A stretch of 63,225 bases of DNA, filler included, from Craspedostauros australis (Eukaryota): assembly GCA_030167865.1 (NCBI GenBank). It is 18 parts of 18 records of this genome, joined end to end, with 100 filler letters (N's around TTAATTAATTAA, not from the genome) between each part and the next. Parts side by side here need not be neighbours in the genome. Positions count along the whole stretch, not along the records: positions 34,375 to 38,795 come from JALAGF010006470.1; positions 38,896 to 41,159 come from JALAGF010006471.1; positions 41,260 to 42,946 come from JALAGF010006472.1; positions 43,047 to 47,430 come from JALAGF010006473.1; 14 more parts are not named here. The stretch is one strand, 5' to 3'. Shown here in pieces: positions 35,323 to 47,530 of this stretch (its first letter is position 1; every line of letters begins with the position of its first letter). The translations under genes were made by a program, and so were the position numbers. Below the pieces are notes generated by a model that ran no database searches, was not told the origin of the DNA, and saw only the letters and a list, made by a program, of their open reading frames with translations.

Positions 35323-35500
35323 AAAGGTGCAAGATTTCTGCAAGACACGGGAATTTCGCCGAAAGTTCGCGGAGACCACATGCGCAAGACTCCAATCAGC
35401 CCAGTCCCGTTCACAACCACGTCAAAACCCCAATGAGTCGGACGGGGAGACCGAGCCCGTGTGTCACGACGTTAACTAGACGTTATAGACGTTACGAGTA

Positions 35501-35640
35501 GTAATGTTACTTTCATCGAAGTCCTGTTACTTTCATCGAAGTGACATTACTTTCATCGAAGCGTGACTACTTTCATCGAACCCGTGTTACTTTCATCGAA
35601 TGGTTGCGACCATCATTGGCGCGTGCGTACTTTCGTCGAA
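35501..35640 (+). repeat. 20-bp-phased array of the 13-mer TACTTTCATCGAA with variable 7-nt spacers
   Basis: Five consecutive units end at 35520, 35540, 35560, 35580 and 35600. After one unrelated 20-mer, a sixth unit (TACTTTCGTCGAA) ends at 35640, still in phase. Confidence 0.95.
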
Positions 35641-37774
35641 ACGCCACCAACCAATTTTGTGCGAAGCTGTGAGTCATGTTATTCTGTTGGTTCACGAGGA
35701 AATCCACGAACCAGCCCTTTCGAAGTCCCGAATTCCGCCAGCCAGTCGATTTTCACAGCACTCAGTTGCACAAAACGTGTGAGCGACATCTCGTGGACAC
35801 AGAGATTTCACATCGACCTCCAAGGCCAGAATATAAATGTAGACCGCCTGTATCACACAGGAAAAGTACAAGCCACATCATACATGTTTGTCATACTGGT
35901 AACATTAACCAGTGCATATGAACATACATCATCTAATGAAAGGAATGAATGCCTACTATAGTTGTAGATATGTGCATCATTCACCTGTTTGCTCCAATTC
36001 TGTGNNTTGTGNATNNTATTCTGACCAAGTCTTCATTGAAAAGTATAAACATATTCCATCTAAACAAGATCAGANCATTGAGATCATTNCAATGGTTATA
36101 CTNCCAGCTTGCGAGTGACTGGATCCATCTAGAAGTTGTTGCACATTGTACGCGATCAAATCACATGATACCGCACGGCGACTCTGCGCGGTATGCAGGG
36201 TTTTGACCAAACCTTCATATGAAAGATCCAACATCTGCAATTCTACCAACATCGTCATAGTGAAAGTGCTTCAATGGGTATGGGGGTGGTTTCCAAGTAT
36301 CTGGATCCGTCTGGAAGGAATCCTGNNNNNNNNNNNNNNNNNNNNNNNNNNNNNNNNNNNNNNNNNNNNNNNNNNAACATACATCATCTAATGAAAGGAA
36401 TGAATGCCTACTATAGTTGTAGATATGTGCATCATTCACCTGTTTGCTCCAATTCTGTGTTTTGTGGATTTTATTCTGACCAAGTCTTCATTGAAAAGTA
36501 TAAACATATTCCATCTAAACAAGATCAGAGCATTGAGATCATTTCAATGGTTATACTACCAGCTTGCGAGTGACTGGATCCATCTAGAAGTTGTTGCACA
36601 TTGTACGCGATCAAATCACATGATACCGCACGGCGACTCTGCGCGGTATGCAGGGTTTTGACCAAACCTTCATATGAAAGATCCAACATCTGCAATTCTA
36701 CCAACATCGTCATAGTGAAAGTGCTTCAATGGGTATGGGGGTGGTTTCCAAGTATCTGGATCCGTCTGGAAGGAATCCTGGTATCCAAATCTATGAACCT
36801 CATCATACTGTGCGGTACGCTTGACTCTGTGCTGCATTACGCATATCTATGCATTTAGCAGGCTGTTTTGAGAGATATGATCAACTGCGTAGCTCCAAAC
36901 ACGCTCCAAAGAGTACAGTCATGAAGTTTGAAGTCTTAGCTCCATTTGGAAGGGATCTAATTCTACAGATGCTGATATTACGCAGTACTGAACAGTACGT
37001 GTCGCACTGGGCAGTGATTTGGATATTTGTGCATGGGAACTGTCGATCGTATTCTGATCCAACACTACAACCACTCCAACCATACATCACAGAATATGGG
37101 CATGGAGTTGGAAGCCCCTAGATCCGTCAGGAAGGCATCCAATTTCATGGATGCTCATATCACATGGGGCTGAAAGATACGCCTCGCGTTGTACAGTGTT
37201 CTGCGCATATGTGCATAGACAACATTGATCATACTCCACACAAACACTTCAGTCACTCCGCATGCAATCTAAAGAGTACGCAAATGGTGGTGGAAATGCA
37301 AGATCCATCTGTATGGGATCCATTCTTACAGATGCTGTTGTCACGCAGTACTGCCTGGGACGCATCTCTACAGTAGGCATCGCCTTGAGCAGTATTCCAC
37401 ACATTTATGCCTTTGGTTGGCTGCCTTGAGACATGCGACTGCTGAACACTCCAAGTAGACTTCAATGGCTATGGCTGTGGAGTTTGAAGTCCTTGGTCCA
37501 TTTTGAAGAGATCTAATTCTACTGATGCTGACATCAAGCAGCGCTCAGCAGCGTCGTGACATGAGGTTCACCTGAGGGCATGTTGATGCGCCTTGCTAGT
37601 GGGTGTGCAGCTTCCAACTCCATGACTGCCCTCCATGGAGTGCGTTTGGACTCGCCGAGGTGCTACATTGAATATGATTGACATTTTCTGTGCACATCTG
37701 CTCAGGACGCTGAGCAGCATGATGCGTATGTTTCAGTACTGCAGGATATCAGCATCAGTAGAATTAGATCCCGT

Positions 37775-38556
37775 TGTTGGGATGTATATGTGTATGTGCA
37801 TCGCTCACCCAGTGTTCTCTCACCCCGTGTGCGCTGAGCAGCATTGACATTTGCATCATTGGCCATCAACGGTTGTGTGAATCACGAACCAAAATTATGC
37901 AAGCCACTTTTGTGCCCAACGTCGGACAGACGCGAGACAGGAAATCTGAGAGTATCAGATGTTCGATCTGCCCACTCATCCAGAAACCTATGATATCGAT
38001 ACTGGATCGGTATGTTTGCCAACTGAGCCTCAAATGACACCAACCTGATACTCCGACAGCATCGTCAATGGAATATGGAATCAGCACATCCATAGAACGA
38101 CGATGACTGACGTTGACTCAGAAGTCCATGCCATTCGAACTGACAGCTGGTTCGGAATCAGAACAGAAGGTAGGAATCTTATGATTGAAGTATCATGGCG
38201 ATTGTCAAAGGTGCAAGGTGCAGAGAATGCATGGCACTGACTACTACATGCAAAGTAGTGGACTAGTAGAAGGAGGAAGATCGAGATTATGTCGAATACA
38301 CGCTATCATGCGTGGTATTAGCACACAATATCAGCATAGAGAGAGAATATGACTAGCAGCAAGAGAGCATCTCATGTGCCAACTCATAGTCAGACGGACG
38401 AACCACTGAGAGCATCAGGTAGACAAGAGATTTCAAGAGCATCGAAGAGACACTAAGAGTATTGGAGTAGCAACGTAATGAACTAACAAGAGTATTGTAA
38501 CAACCAACACCATCATCAACAATGCCAAGGCCATTCGTGTGCGGAACTTGCCAACA
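37775..38556 (+). mobile_element. Diverged solo LTR related to family B (782 bp)
   Basis: TGTTGG...CCAACA termini. Shares tatgtgcatcg.tcacc, actgacgttgac, gagagcatct and GCGGAACTTGCCAACA with 27958-28784. Near-TSD tccc(g)t / tccct. The flanks rejoin into a repeat unit seen intact at 36920-36985 on the opposite strand. Confidence 0.8.
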
Positions 38557-38895
38557 TCCCTTCCAGGCGAATCAAGGACTTCAAACTCCATGGTCGTACT
38601 CTTTAGAGTGTGATTGGAGTGGTGCCGTTGGTCAGATCTCACAAAATGGCCTGAGGAATGCGTAGACATGCAGAAGATTGTGCAGCATCAAGCGTAGCGC
38701 TGAGTATGACGAGGTTCATAGATTTGGATATCAGCATCTCTTCCAGATGGATAAATACACTTGCTAGCTGGCAGCATACCCATTGGAATGCTTGGNNNNN
38801 NNNNNNNNNNNNNNNNNNNNNNNNNNNNNNNNNNNNNNNTTAATTAATTAANNNNNNNNNNNNNNNNNNNNNNNNNNNNNNNNNNNNNNNNNNNN

Positions 38896-40147
38896 CGGTC
38901 ATTGAGATTGACGGCCGGATTGAGGAAGTCGACGCCGTGCATTGCATGATCAGTGGTCATCTCAAAACGATCACTCACTTGGATGGGGAGAATCTCCCTG
39001 TGAATGCGGTACGGTTGGGGATGTCCGCGACACATCCTGCGGACAGCAAGCGCGTACGACTCGCCCCGCTCGCGTTGTCCCTGAAAAGAGCGCATGTTGA
39101 AGTGTGTAGGCAGCTTCTCGTTCAGGCNGTCAAGCAGCTCCTTGTCCGTAGCTGCAGTGGATCCGAGTTCGTGGTTCTGCTTCAACCCCACCTCCAAAAC
39201 GCGTCCTTGCTCCTTGATTGACGCTTTGACGTCACCATAGCAAGTCCCACCTGGCAACTCGAAAGTAATTTCAAGCACCTCGCCATGGCCTTGGGGAGAG
39301 TACACGTGACGCACAGCAGGTAAGAAGACCAGGGTGTTCTTGTTCATCCAATCAGAAATGGATTGCGCACGACTCAGACCCTCTTGGAAGGGTGTCCCAG
39401 ATACGGCATTGTTCACGAGCATGCTGGTAGCAGAGGCAGGACGAACAGCAGCAGGAGAAGCCACAGGAACAGACGAGGGCTCAGGAGGAGCAACAGTCAT
39501 CATGCTCGCCGCGTCGTATGCAGGTCTGGGGGTTGGTGGCGGATTGGTGGGGACAGGTGGCAGATGGGTGGGGACAGGTGCCGCGACGTGCGCATGGATT
39601 GGTGGGGCGGACGGACGGGCAGTTGTCCCAACTTCGGTTTCGCCGGTTGGTGGGGAGGCGTACGCCAAACGAGAGAATGTGTCCATCGTTTGCTTCGCGT
39701 CTTCGGGTTTCTGGGTTGATACTTTTGCGATGGTGTTGTCGAATTGTTGTTTGTATTGTGCAGCATTAGCGACAAGATCAGAAACGTTCGGAGAGTTTTT
39801 GGTGTCCATTCGCACTGGATAACGGGTTAGTAACGGTTGCAAATTTGTTCGTTCAGAAATGATGTGTCTGGTTCACAAACACGCAGTGACGTACCAGCTT
39901 TCGCTTGCTTCTTGGCGCGACTTCTTTGCACGGATTTGCGCAAATTGCGCAGGTTGCGAGCAAAGTTGCGCTTCGACAAGAACGCCAAGTCGCCGTTCTC
40001 GCTCCAAACGAGTCTTGCGGGCTTATCCATGGGGATGGCACCGCTCTCGAGCTGCGCCCTGAGTTCGCGGATCTGCGGGTACAGCGACTCGTTCCATGCG
40101 ACCCCATCGGGACTGTCATGTTTCTCCGTAGTAGCTTTTCTTGGCAT
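38896..40147 (-). CDS. Two-exon orphan gene (exon 1 40147-39895, exon 2 39814-38896, truncated at scaffold end); possible transposon-associated DNA-binding protein
   Basis: An 80-nt intron GTACGT...CTAAC...CAG joins both ORFs in frame (KAKA-V-RMDTK). N-terminal helical block WNES...LRAQLESGAIP...VW...NFARNLRNLRK, then a Pro-rich linker and a beta-rich C-terminal block. Exon 1 is duplicated across the gap at 40437-40920. Confidence 0.7.
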
Positions 40148-41259
40148 GTTGCAGTGGCACTTACTGTTGAATGGCGGATCAGCAACAAGTACACGTCTGT
40201 CAATGTTGAATCCAAGGCGATTATGAGATGAGACTGCATCTTGACTTCGTTGCATTCCGCAGAGTAGAGGTTGCCGCGCGTGATCAACATGCGGCTTGTG
40301 ATGTGCAGCATCCGTGCTTGAGAGGATGAGGGAGCCATCAATCAACGTGTCGCAGCGTGGTAACAGTCAACGCGAAACATCGGCAGNNNNNNNNNNNNNN
40401 NNNNNNNNNNNNNNNNNNNNNNNNNNNNNNNNNNNNGCTTGCTTCTTGGCGCGACTTCTTTGCACGGATTTGCGCAAATTGCGCAGGTTGCGAGCAAAGT
40501 TGCGCTTCGACAAGAACGCCAAGTCGCCGTTCTCGCTCCAAACGAGTCTTGCGGGCTTATCCATGGGGATGGCACCGCTCTCGAGCTGCGCCCTGAGTTC
40601 GCGGATCTGCGGGTACAGCGACTCGTTCCATGCGACCCCATCGGGACTGTCATGTTTCTCCGTAGTAGCTTTTCTTGGCATGTTGCAGTGGCACTTACTG
40701 TTGAATGGCGGATCAGCAACAAGTACACGTCTGTCAATGTTGAATCNAAGGCGATTATGAGATGAGACTGCATCTTGACTTCGTTGCATTCCGCAGAGTA
40801 GAGGTTGCCGCGCGTGATCAACATGCGGCTTGTGATGTGCAGCATCCGTGCTTGAGAGGATGAGGGAGCCATCAATCAACGTGTCGCAGCGTGGTAACAG
40901 TCAACGCGAAACATCGGCAGGAGAAACACTGTACAAAACACGTGTGGTGTAGAGCTCTACTCTGCCCATTTAGTTTTCAACGCATGCTGTTTGCCTGGTC
41001 GATCCCACGTTCAGTATGGCTTGCTCTAGCTGTACTTAGAATGAATGTATGCATCTACTATATATATATGTTACTATTAGCATCTTATACTATATCCCTA
41101 GGCATATAAGTGTATACCTACCGTTAGTCTAGACTCAACGCTCAACGTACGCAAAAGGANNNNNNNNNNNNNNNNNNNNNNNNNNNNNNNNNNNNNNNNN
41201 NNNTTAATTAATTAANNNNNNNNNNNNNNNNNNNNNNNNNNNNNNNNNNNNNNNNNNNN

Positions 41260-41740
41260 TTGCTCGGAAGCGCCTCCAGCGACAGCGTTTGCGTGTCGTG
41301 CAGTGCTTGCGCGGGTAGTTGGTTTGGCAGGAGACTCAACGGGCAGTGGCACGTTCACACTGATGTCTACCACTGTGATAGCACCGACACCTTGTCCAAC
41401 TGTACGCAGTGTGACCGTTGGTGTATCAAAGATGACACCAGCCACACTGGACAGGCGCACGTCAACGCGCAGGTTAGCGGCATCGACATGCGCCAAAGTT
41501 GGAACAAGGTTGCTGTCCACCGGAAGCATCGGCTTCACCTCGATCGCGTGAGTGATGTCGGTGGGCTTCCGCAATCCAGTAGACAGCTTGTCAGGCAACA
41601 GTTGCTCACGAGTAGGTGCCAAGTTGCCATCCGAATCAAAAGGAGAATCGAGAGGGGCAGCACAGGATCGAGGCTTCTTACGAGGAGATGGGTTTTCGCC
41701 CTTGATTGTTGCTTTGGCGGGGATGGAGGACATGGTGTTG
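41260..41740 (-). CDS. Unidentified ORF fragment
   Basis: About 160 open codons (MSSIPAKATIKGENPSPRKKPR...) run to the scaffold end. No recognisable domain. Confidence 0.3.
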
Positions 41741-43046
41741 ATGGTAGCAAAGNNNNNNNNNNNNNNNNNNNNNNNNNNNNNNNNNNNNNNNNNNNNNNNN
41801 NNAAAGCGGGTGGAGGAGGTGATGCCGATAGAGGTGTTGGATGCAGCAGCGAGAACAACAACCGCCAATGTCACTAGTGCTCTCACCACTCATACTACAA
41901 CCGCAGCACAACAGAAACAATGAGCATCGCATCGGCGGAGGCACCTTTGGAATGAAGCAAAAAATGTGACGGTTTTTGTGTCGGGGTGTGATGTCTGCAA
42001 GTGGAAAATGTCATTCGATTCCGGAGCAGCTAACGGTGTATAACGTGTTCCAAACGAACGAGGAGGAAGGAAAAAGCTGGAGACACCAACGTGAATGGGC
42101 ACCAATCGTTATTAACTCGGAACACAAAAGAACCTTCGGAAAACTACATCGTGGAAGGCTACGTTTGACCCCTACGACTCCAAATATTTGATGGTCCATA
42201 AAACTTAAACTATGAACTTTAAGTTTCTGGGTAATTTTCCTGTTGCTATGGACACTATAATGAGTAGGTTAGTATGCTTAGTTCTGTTTTAATCGAAGAA
42301 AAAGTTCCACTCTACTTTACAAACGGTTGGTCGACTCACTCACATGGCTCATAAACGACAAGTGGACACGTGCAAAGACATGGGACTGACAATATCTCGA
42401 CATAGCTGTTCTTCTTCTATCGAGCTGAGGAACATGGCAACAGCTCCAGTTATTGGTCAATGCGGGAAAAAATGCGAGACGTTTGGGCGGCTGCGGTGGG
42501 TGGAAGCTCGACCAATCAGAGCCTGGTTTGGCCTGATGCCACCGTGATGGAAAGATCGCTTAGTTGTGTGAGGTTGGAGGCGCGATACTAGAGGCCTATC
42601 GCATTTCACATTCACACCCCTGTGCTCATGTCACATGTGGCACTCACGTTCGGATTTCACATTGGTACTCGTGACTAGTTCGTGATCTACTCAGAAAGAC
42701 GACCAACATGACTGAATCGGCTTCTCTTCTGTAGAATAGAGCTCTAGTTTAGACTGCTCTGATATGAATGCTCCTTGCATGTTATCGCATCACTTGTTGA
42801 GACCAAAGGTTGATAGGATCATTAATGGGTGTGCTCTGAGTTGCACGCAACGCACATCCCTCTTTCTTCTCTTAGGAGCTTCGTGTTCTGAGAGTTTCGC
42901 TGCCATCTCTTCTGTCTCAACTTTGCTACTAACAGAGGTCCGGTAANNNNNNNNNNNNNNNNNNNNNNNNNNNNNNNNNNNNNNNNNNNNTTAATTAATT
43001 AANNNNNNNNNNNNNNNNNNNNNNNNNNNNNNNNNNNNNNNNNNNN

Positions 43047-45966
43047 CGGAGAGAACAAATCCATGCAAGATATTCTCATCGATGCCGGACTGAATGTGAA
43101 ATTCGAGTACATAGCATCGAACACACCACAGCAGAACGGTAGAGTGGAATGCAAGTTCGCGTACCTCTACACCAAGATCCGCTCCATGCTAAATGGAGCA
43201 CAGCTCGACGAAGAGTATAGGCATGGTCTGTGGGCAGCAGCTGCAAGCACTGCCACCGCCATCGCCAACATCACCGTAGCGAAGAATCAGAAAGAGTCAC
43301 CAGATCGCCAATTCTTTGGCAGCGATCCACCATATGCAGATGCACTCCGCACGTTTGGAGAAGTGGGTGTTGTGAAGACTACCTACGGCGGGATCACCGC
43401 CAAACTCAAGAATAGAGGAGAAGAGATGGTGTTCATCGGATATGCACACCAACATGCATCAGGAGTGCACAACATGTACAGACCATCAACCAAGTCACTG
43501 GTCTGTTCTCACGACATCAAATGGCTCAATCAATCATACGGCCAGTTCCGTGGCTGGGAACCAGCGCTGAACACATCCAATGAAACAGGAACAACGGACG
43601 CAGACGGCTTCACAACCATTGGACGGAAGGGAGCAATGCCGAAGACGGCGATGCGTCGAATATCAGAAGCGAAGAGAGTATCTTTCGCTGACAGCAACAG
43701 CTACTACATCCTATCAGACAGCAATGATGAGGATGATGAGGACGATGGAGTAGTAACTCAACTAATCAATGACGACGAGGAAGATCGGAGTGAATCCAGC
43801 CCTGAGGATGACGAGATCACACCATCCAGCAACGAATCCGATGATGACACAGGCGTCACTCCTCCAAACACACCAGTGAGGTCTACACATGATACACCAT
43901 CGAGACCTCCACCAACCAAGCCAAGCAAGCATGACATAGATAGAAAGGAGAGAATCCAACGTCATGAAGCACGAGGCAGGAAGGGAGAAGATAATCCCAA
44001 GCCAACTACAGGGAAGAGTATTCCCAGAGCTCTGCGTGAGCTCGCAGACTTCAACGAACGAGGTCAAAAGGAGGAAGGCTATGAGAGCAAGTCATCATCC
44101 AATGAAGACAGCAATGAACTCAGCGATGAGATGATCGACGACTCCAACAACAAAACTACAGATGACAAAGAAATCGCAGATGAAGGAGAGATCGAGATCA
44201 CTCACCATAGCACAACAGGACTATACGGGATGAACGCAATCATCACCGAGGTACCAGCAATCGACATCGGACTGTCGATGCAAGACGAGAACAAGGAACC
44301 AGAGAAACACATCGAACCTACAACATTCGATGGAGCCTTCAATCACCCAGACCCTATTCATCAAAAGGGATATCGAGCAGCCATCAAGAAGGAGTTCGAC
44401 TCCATGGACACACGCAAGGTATACAGCAAGATTAAACGAGACGCCATCCCACGCGGCCGCAGATGCTGCAAATGCAAATGGGTCTTCAAGCTGAAGCGTG
44501 ACGGCACACATCGAGCGCGGCTCGTTGCATGTGGCTATTCACAAATAACAGGAGTAGACTTCCAAGAGCATTACTCACCTGTCATTCACGACGTGACCTA
44601 TTGAGTCATGATGGTGATCATGCTGATCAAGAAGATGGACTGCGCACTCGTTGATGTCGGAACAGCATTCCTACATGGAGACCTCGACAAGGAGATCTAC
44701 ATGAACTGTCCCAACAGGATGGATCATCAACCAGACGAAGCCCTGACCCTACACAAGCCAATCTACGGACTTGTNNNNNNNNNNNNNNNNNNNNNNNNNN
44801 NNNNNNNNNNNNNNNNNNNNAATATCAACTTCGAACAGAGCGCAGCAGACCCGTGCCTGTTCTACAGGAAGACGAACGAAGGAAGCATGATCGTGGCCAT
44901 CTACGTAGACGATTGCTTCTGCTGCGGAGACTCCAAGGCATTGGAGACCTTCCTGAAGGATATCCAAGGCAGCAAGTTCAAGGTAACAATCGAGCGAGGA
45001 CTCGGAGACTACCTCAGCTGCAACATTGAGTTGAACCACGACAAGACCAGAGCGACATTGCGTCAACCACATCTCATCCGACACCTCATCGAAGAGTTTG
45101 GAACCAAGGTTGAGAAGATGCAACGCTATGGGACACCGGGAACCCCNNNNNNNNNNNNNNNNNNNNNNNNNNNNNNNNNNNNNNNNNNNNNNNNNNNNNC
45201 GGAAGAACATGCCGAATACCGCCGAGGCGTCGGTATGCTACTCTTCCTCATCAAGCACTCGCGACCAGATATCGCGAACCCTGTAAGAGAACTCTCCAAG
45301 GTATTGATCGGGCCCACCAAGGCCGCAATGAAGGAGATGTATCGGATCATCAAGTATGTGATCGATACANNNNNNNNNNNNNNNNNNNNNNNNNNNNNNN
45401 NNNNNNNNNNNNNNNNNNNGTATGTGATCGATACAAAGGACTATGGATTGAAGATCCATCCAGCACGTCCAGATGACGACGGCTGGGACATGGAGCTCTT
45501 CTGGGATAGCGAATATGCAGGAGACAAAAACACGAGAATCAGTGTAGGAGGGTTCATCCTATACCTGTGCAAGGTACCAATCCTTTGGCGATCCAAGGCA
45601 CAGAAGGCCGTCACACTCAGCTCATCCGAAGCAGAATANNTTGCCCTTTCCGAAGNGGCAAAGGAGATCTTCTTCGTCGTGCAGCTACTCGAAAGTGTGG
45701 GCGTCCCAGTGAAGACACCGATCAAGGTCCGCGTGGACAACATTGGAGCAATCTTCATCGCCAAGAACCCATCAACATCCCAACAATCGCGGCACATCGA
45801 CGTGCGCCATCACTACGTAAGGAACATCGTAATCAACAGAACCATTGAAATCATTTTCGTCAAATCCGAGCAGAACACAAGCGACGGATTCACCAAGAAT
45901 ATCAAGGCCAACTTGCAACGAGAGCATGAAAAGTCGTACCTTGACACATCGAGAACATTCGAATAA
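43047..45966 (+). mobile_element. Ty1/copia pol, family B: integrase C-terminus, RT and RNase H, with an in-frame TGA at 44602-44604
   Basis: NTPQQNGRVE, GLWAAAA, LRTFG, MVFIGYA, KWVFKLKRDGTHRARLVACGYSQ..GVDF, DVGTAFLHG, YVDDC, WDSEYAGD, VTLSSSEAE, VDNIGA, RHIDVRHH and DGFTKN. Domain order is IN-RT-RH. Confidence 0.95.
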
Positions 45967-45986
45967 CTGAATGCACACAGGAAGGG

Positions 45987-46239
45987 TGTCGAGATGTACA
46001 TACGTGTATATGTCAAGATGTACATGTATATGTGCATCGTTCACCTGCTATTCTCTTATACGCACTTGGACGGTATAACTACATTCGTGTCGACAGTATG
46101 CTGTAATTTGGCAAAATCACAGTGGAAATGGAACACAGAAACATGAGGTGAATTTCTGGAGGAAATTTGCAATCAACGATTTCTCAGAGAATCAAGAATA
46201 TCGTCCGTCCATCCATCAATGGAAACGTATGGTATCGAG
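45987..46239 (+). mobile_element. 3' LTR (family B), 5' 253 bp, preceded by PPT AGGAAGGG and interrupted by a family-C LTR
   Basis: PPT at 45979-45986 lies immediately before TGTCGAGATG. Colinear with 27958-28240. Confidence 0.85.
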
Positions 46240-46995
46240 TGTTGGAAATCCGGGGTTAAGGTAGTAGACTAATCTGTTATCAATCTGTACCAATTTAGAA
46301 CTGTGAGAACAAACTCCTTGACTCTCCAATTCCAATTCAGCAGCAAGTGTAATCCGTAGCAGTTCACCATGATCATGCACTTGTTCATGGTTGCTTTCAT
46401 CTGCTTCATCAGCTTGCTCTCATGCTCTCTTCTGCAGATTCATCATGCATTGTCGTGGCGATTTGCATCTTCTACATTCGAGCAGTATCTCTCATAGACG
46501 CACAGGTACCTTCAGCATGGGTCTCAGTCTGATCGATCCCACTTGACCCTTGGTTCCTCAGCATTCCTCCTGCGCTATCATCATATACTCACTGGTCATG
46601 TTCATTCCATGTCGCGTCATCAGTCGTGCTCTTGAGCGGATAGGGGCATCGCCTCCGTTTCTCTTTCTCAGAGAAGCGATCCCTTGTCTGTCGATGCGTG
46701 TTGACATGTCTGATACATATCAACAGTTTCGCCCATAGTCTTGGCTCATGTGCGATTACATCCCTAGTGGTCAATCCATAGGTTTGCCCTCATCACAGCG
46801 GTGGTACATGGATAGGCTCCATGGTGGGACATGACTGATGTTGATGTCACTCATGGGCAGAGGGTCGATGGGGGACGGGCTGCAAGGTGGTCCGAGTGTT
46901 ATCAACAAAGTTGACCTTGTCGAGTTGTGAAGATATTATTGGGCGGTGCGGCAATCATGGGTATCTTGGTAAAAGCGTACCCCCAATTCCTGACA
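46240..46995. mobile_element. Family-C LTR-like element (~756 bp)
   Basis: Begins TGTTGGAAATCCGGGG and ends CCCCCAATTCCTGACA (imperfect inverted termini, TG..CA). Second copy at 27387. The right boundary is inferred and no TSD is seen. Confidence 0.6.
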
Positions 46996-47530
46996 TGTAT
47001 TCTTATAGTACTGCACTATTGTATGGTGATAATTGCCTCTGCTCCACTGTACTCCACTCTACTATTTTGGCTCCATTCTCAAGCTGGCAGCTTGCGACGA
47101 TCCTCAGCCTATCCCTCTCACTGATTGTATTCCGTGTGGAAGGCAAGGATTGCAACACTCGAGCAAAACTGTCACATTCAACGCGCCCACCCCACAGATC
47201 AACAGATGCAAGAAAGGTCCAGGGGACCACCCGATGTGATCGCGGCGGCCAAAAAGCTGTTGCGGCTAGCAGTTGTCCGCCCCTGACTTTACCTCCTGTG
47301 CAAAAGCAGACACGAAAAATGCAACTGATTTGCGCCAGCACTGGTCGTTCGAGTCTCGGCGGAATGGTTCGGCAGTGGAGCTCATTCTCGTGTTGTTTGT
47401 CTCTGCTCGATCCCTCAAAATGACAAATTCNNNNNNNNNNNNNNNNNNNNNNNNNNNNNNNNNNNNNNNNNNNNTTAATTAATTAANNNNNNNNNNNNNN
47501 NNNNNNNNNNNNNNNNNNNNNNNNNNNNNN

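Noticed and set aside
35501..35640. CRISPR-like repeat-spacer array
   Set aside because: The 13-bp repeat and 7-nt spacers are far too short, there are no cas genes, and the context is eukaryotic. Kept as a binding-site-like array.
35880..37100. DUF285/BspA-type LRR remnant (LVNVTSMTNMY, FNEDL)
   Set aside because: The resemblances are short, lie in different frames and lack regular periodicity.
42620..42946. Additional LTR ending CTAACA
   Set aside because: It has LTR-like composition, but there is no second copy, PPT or recognisable PBS in the window.
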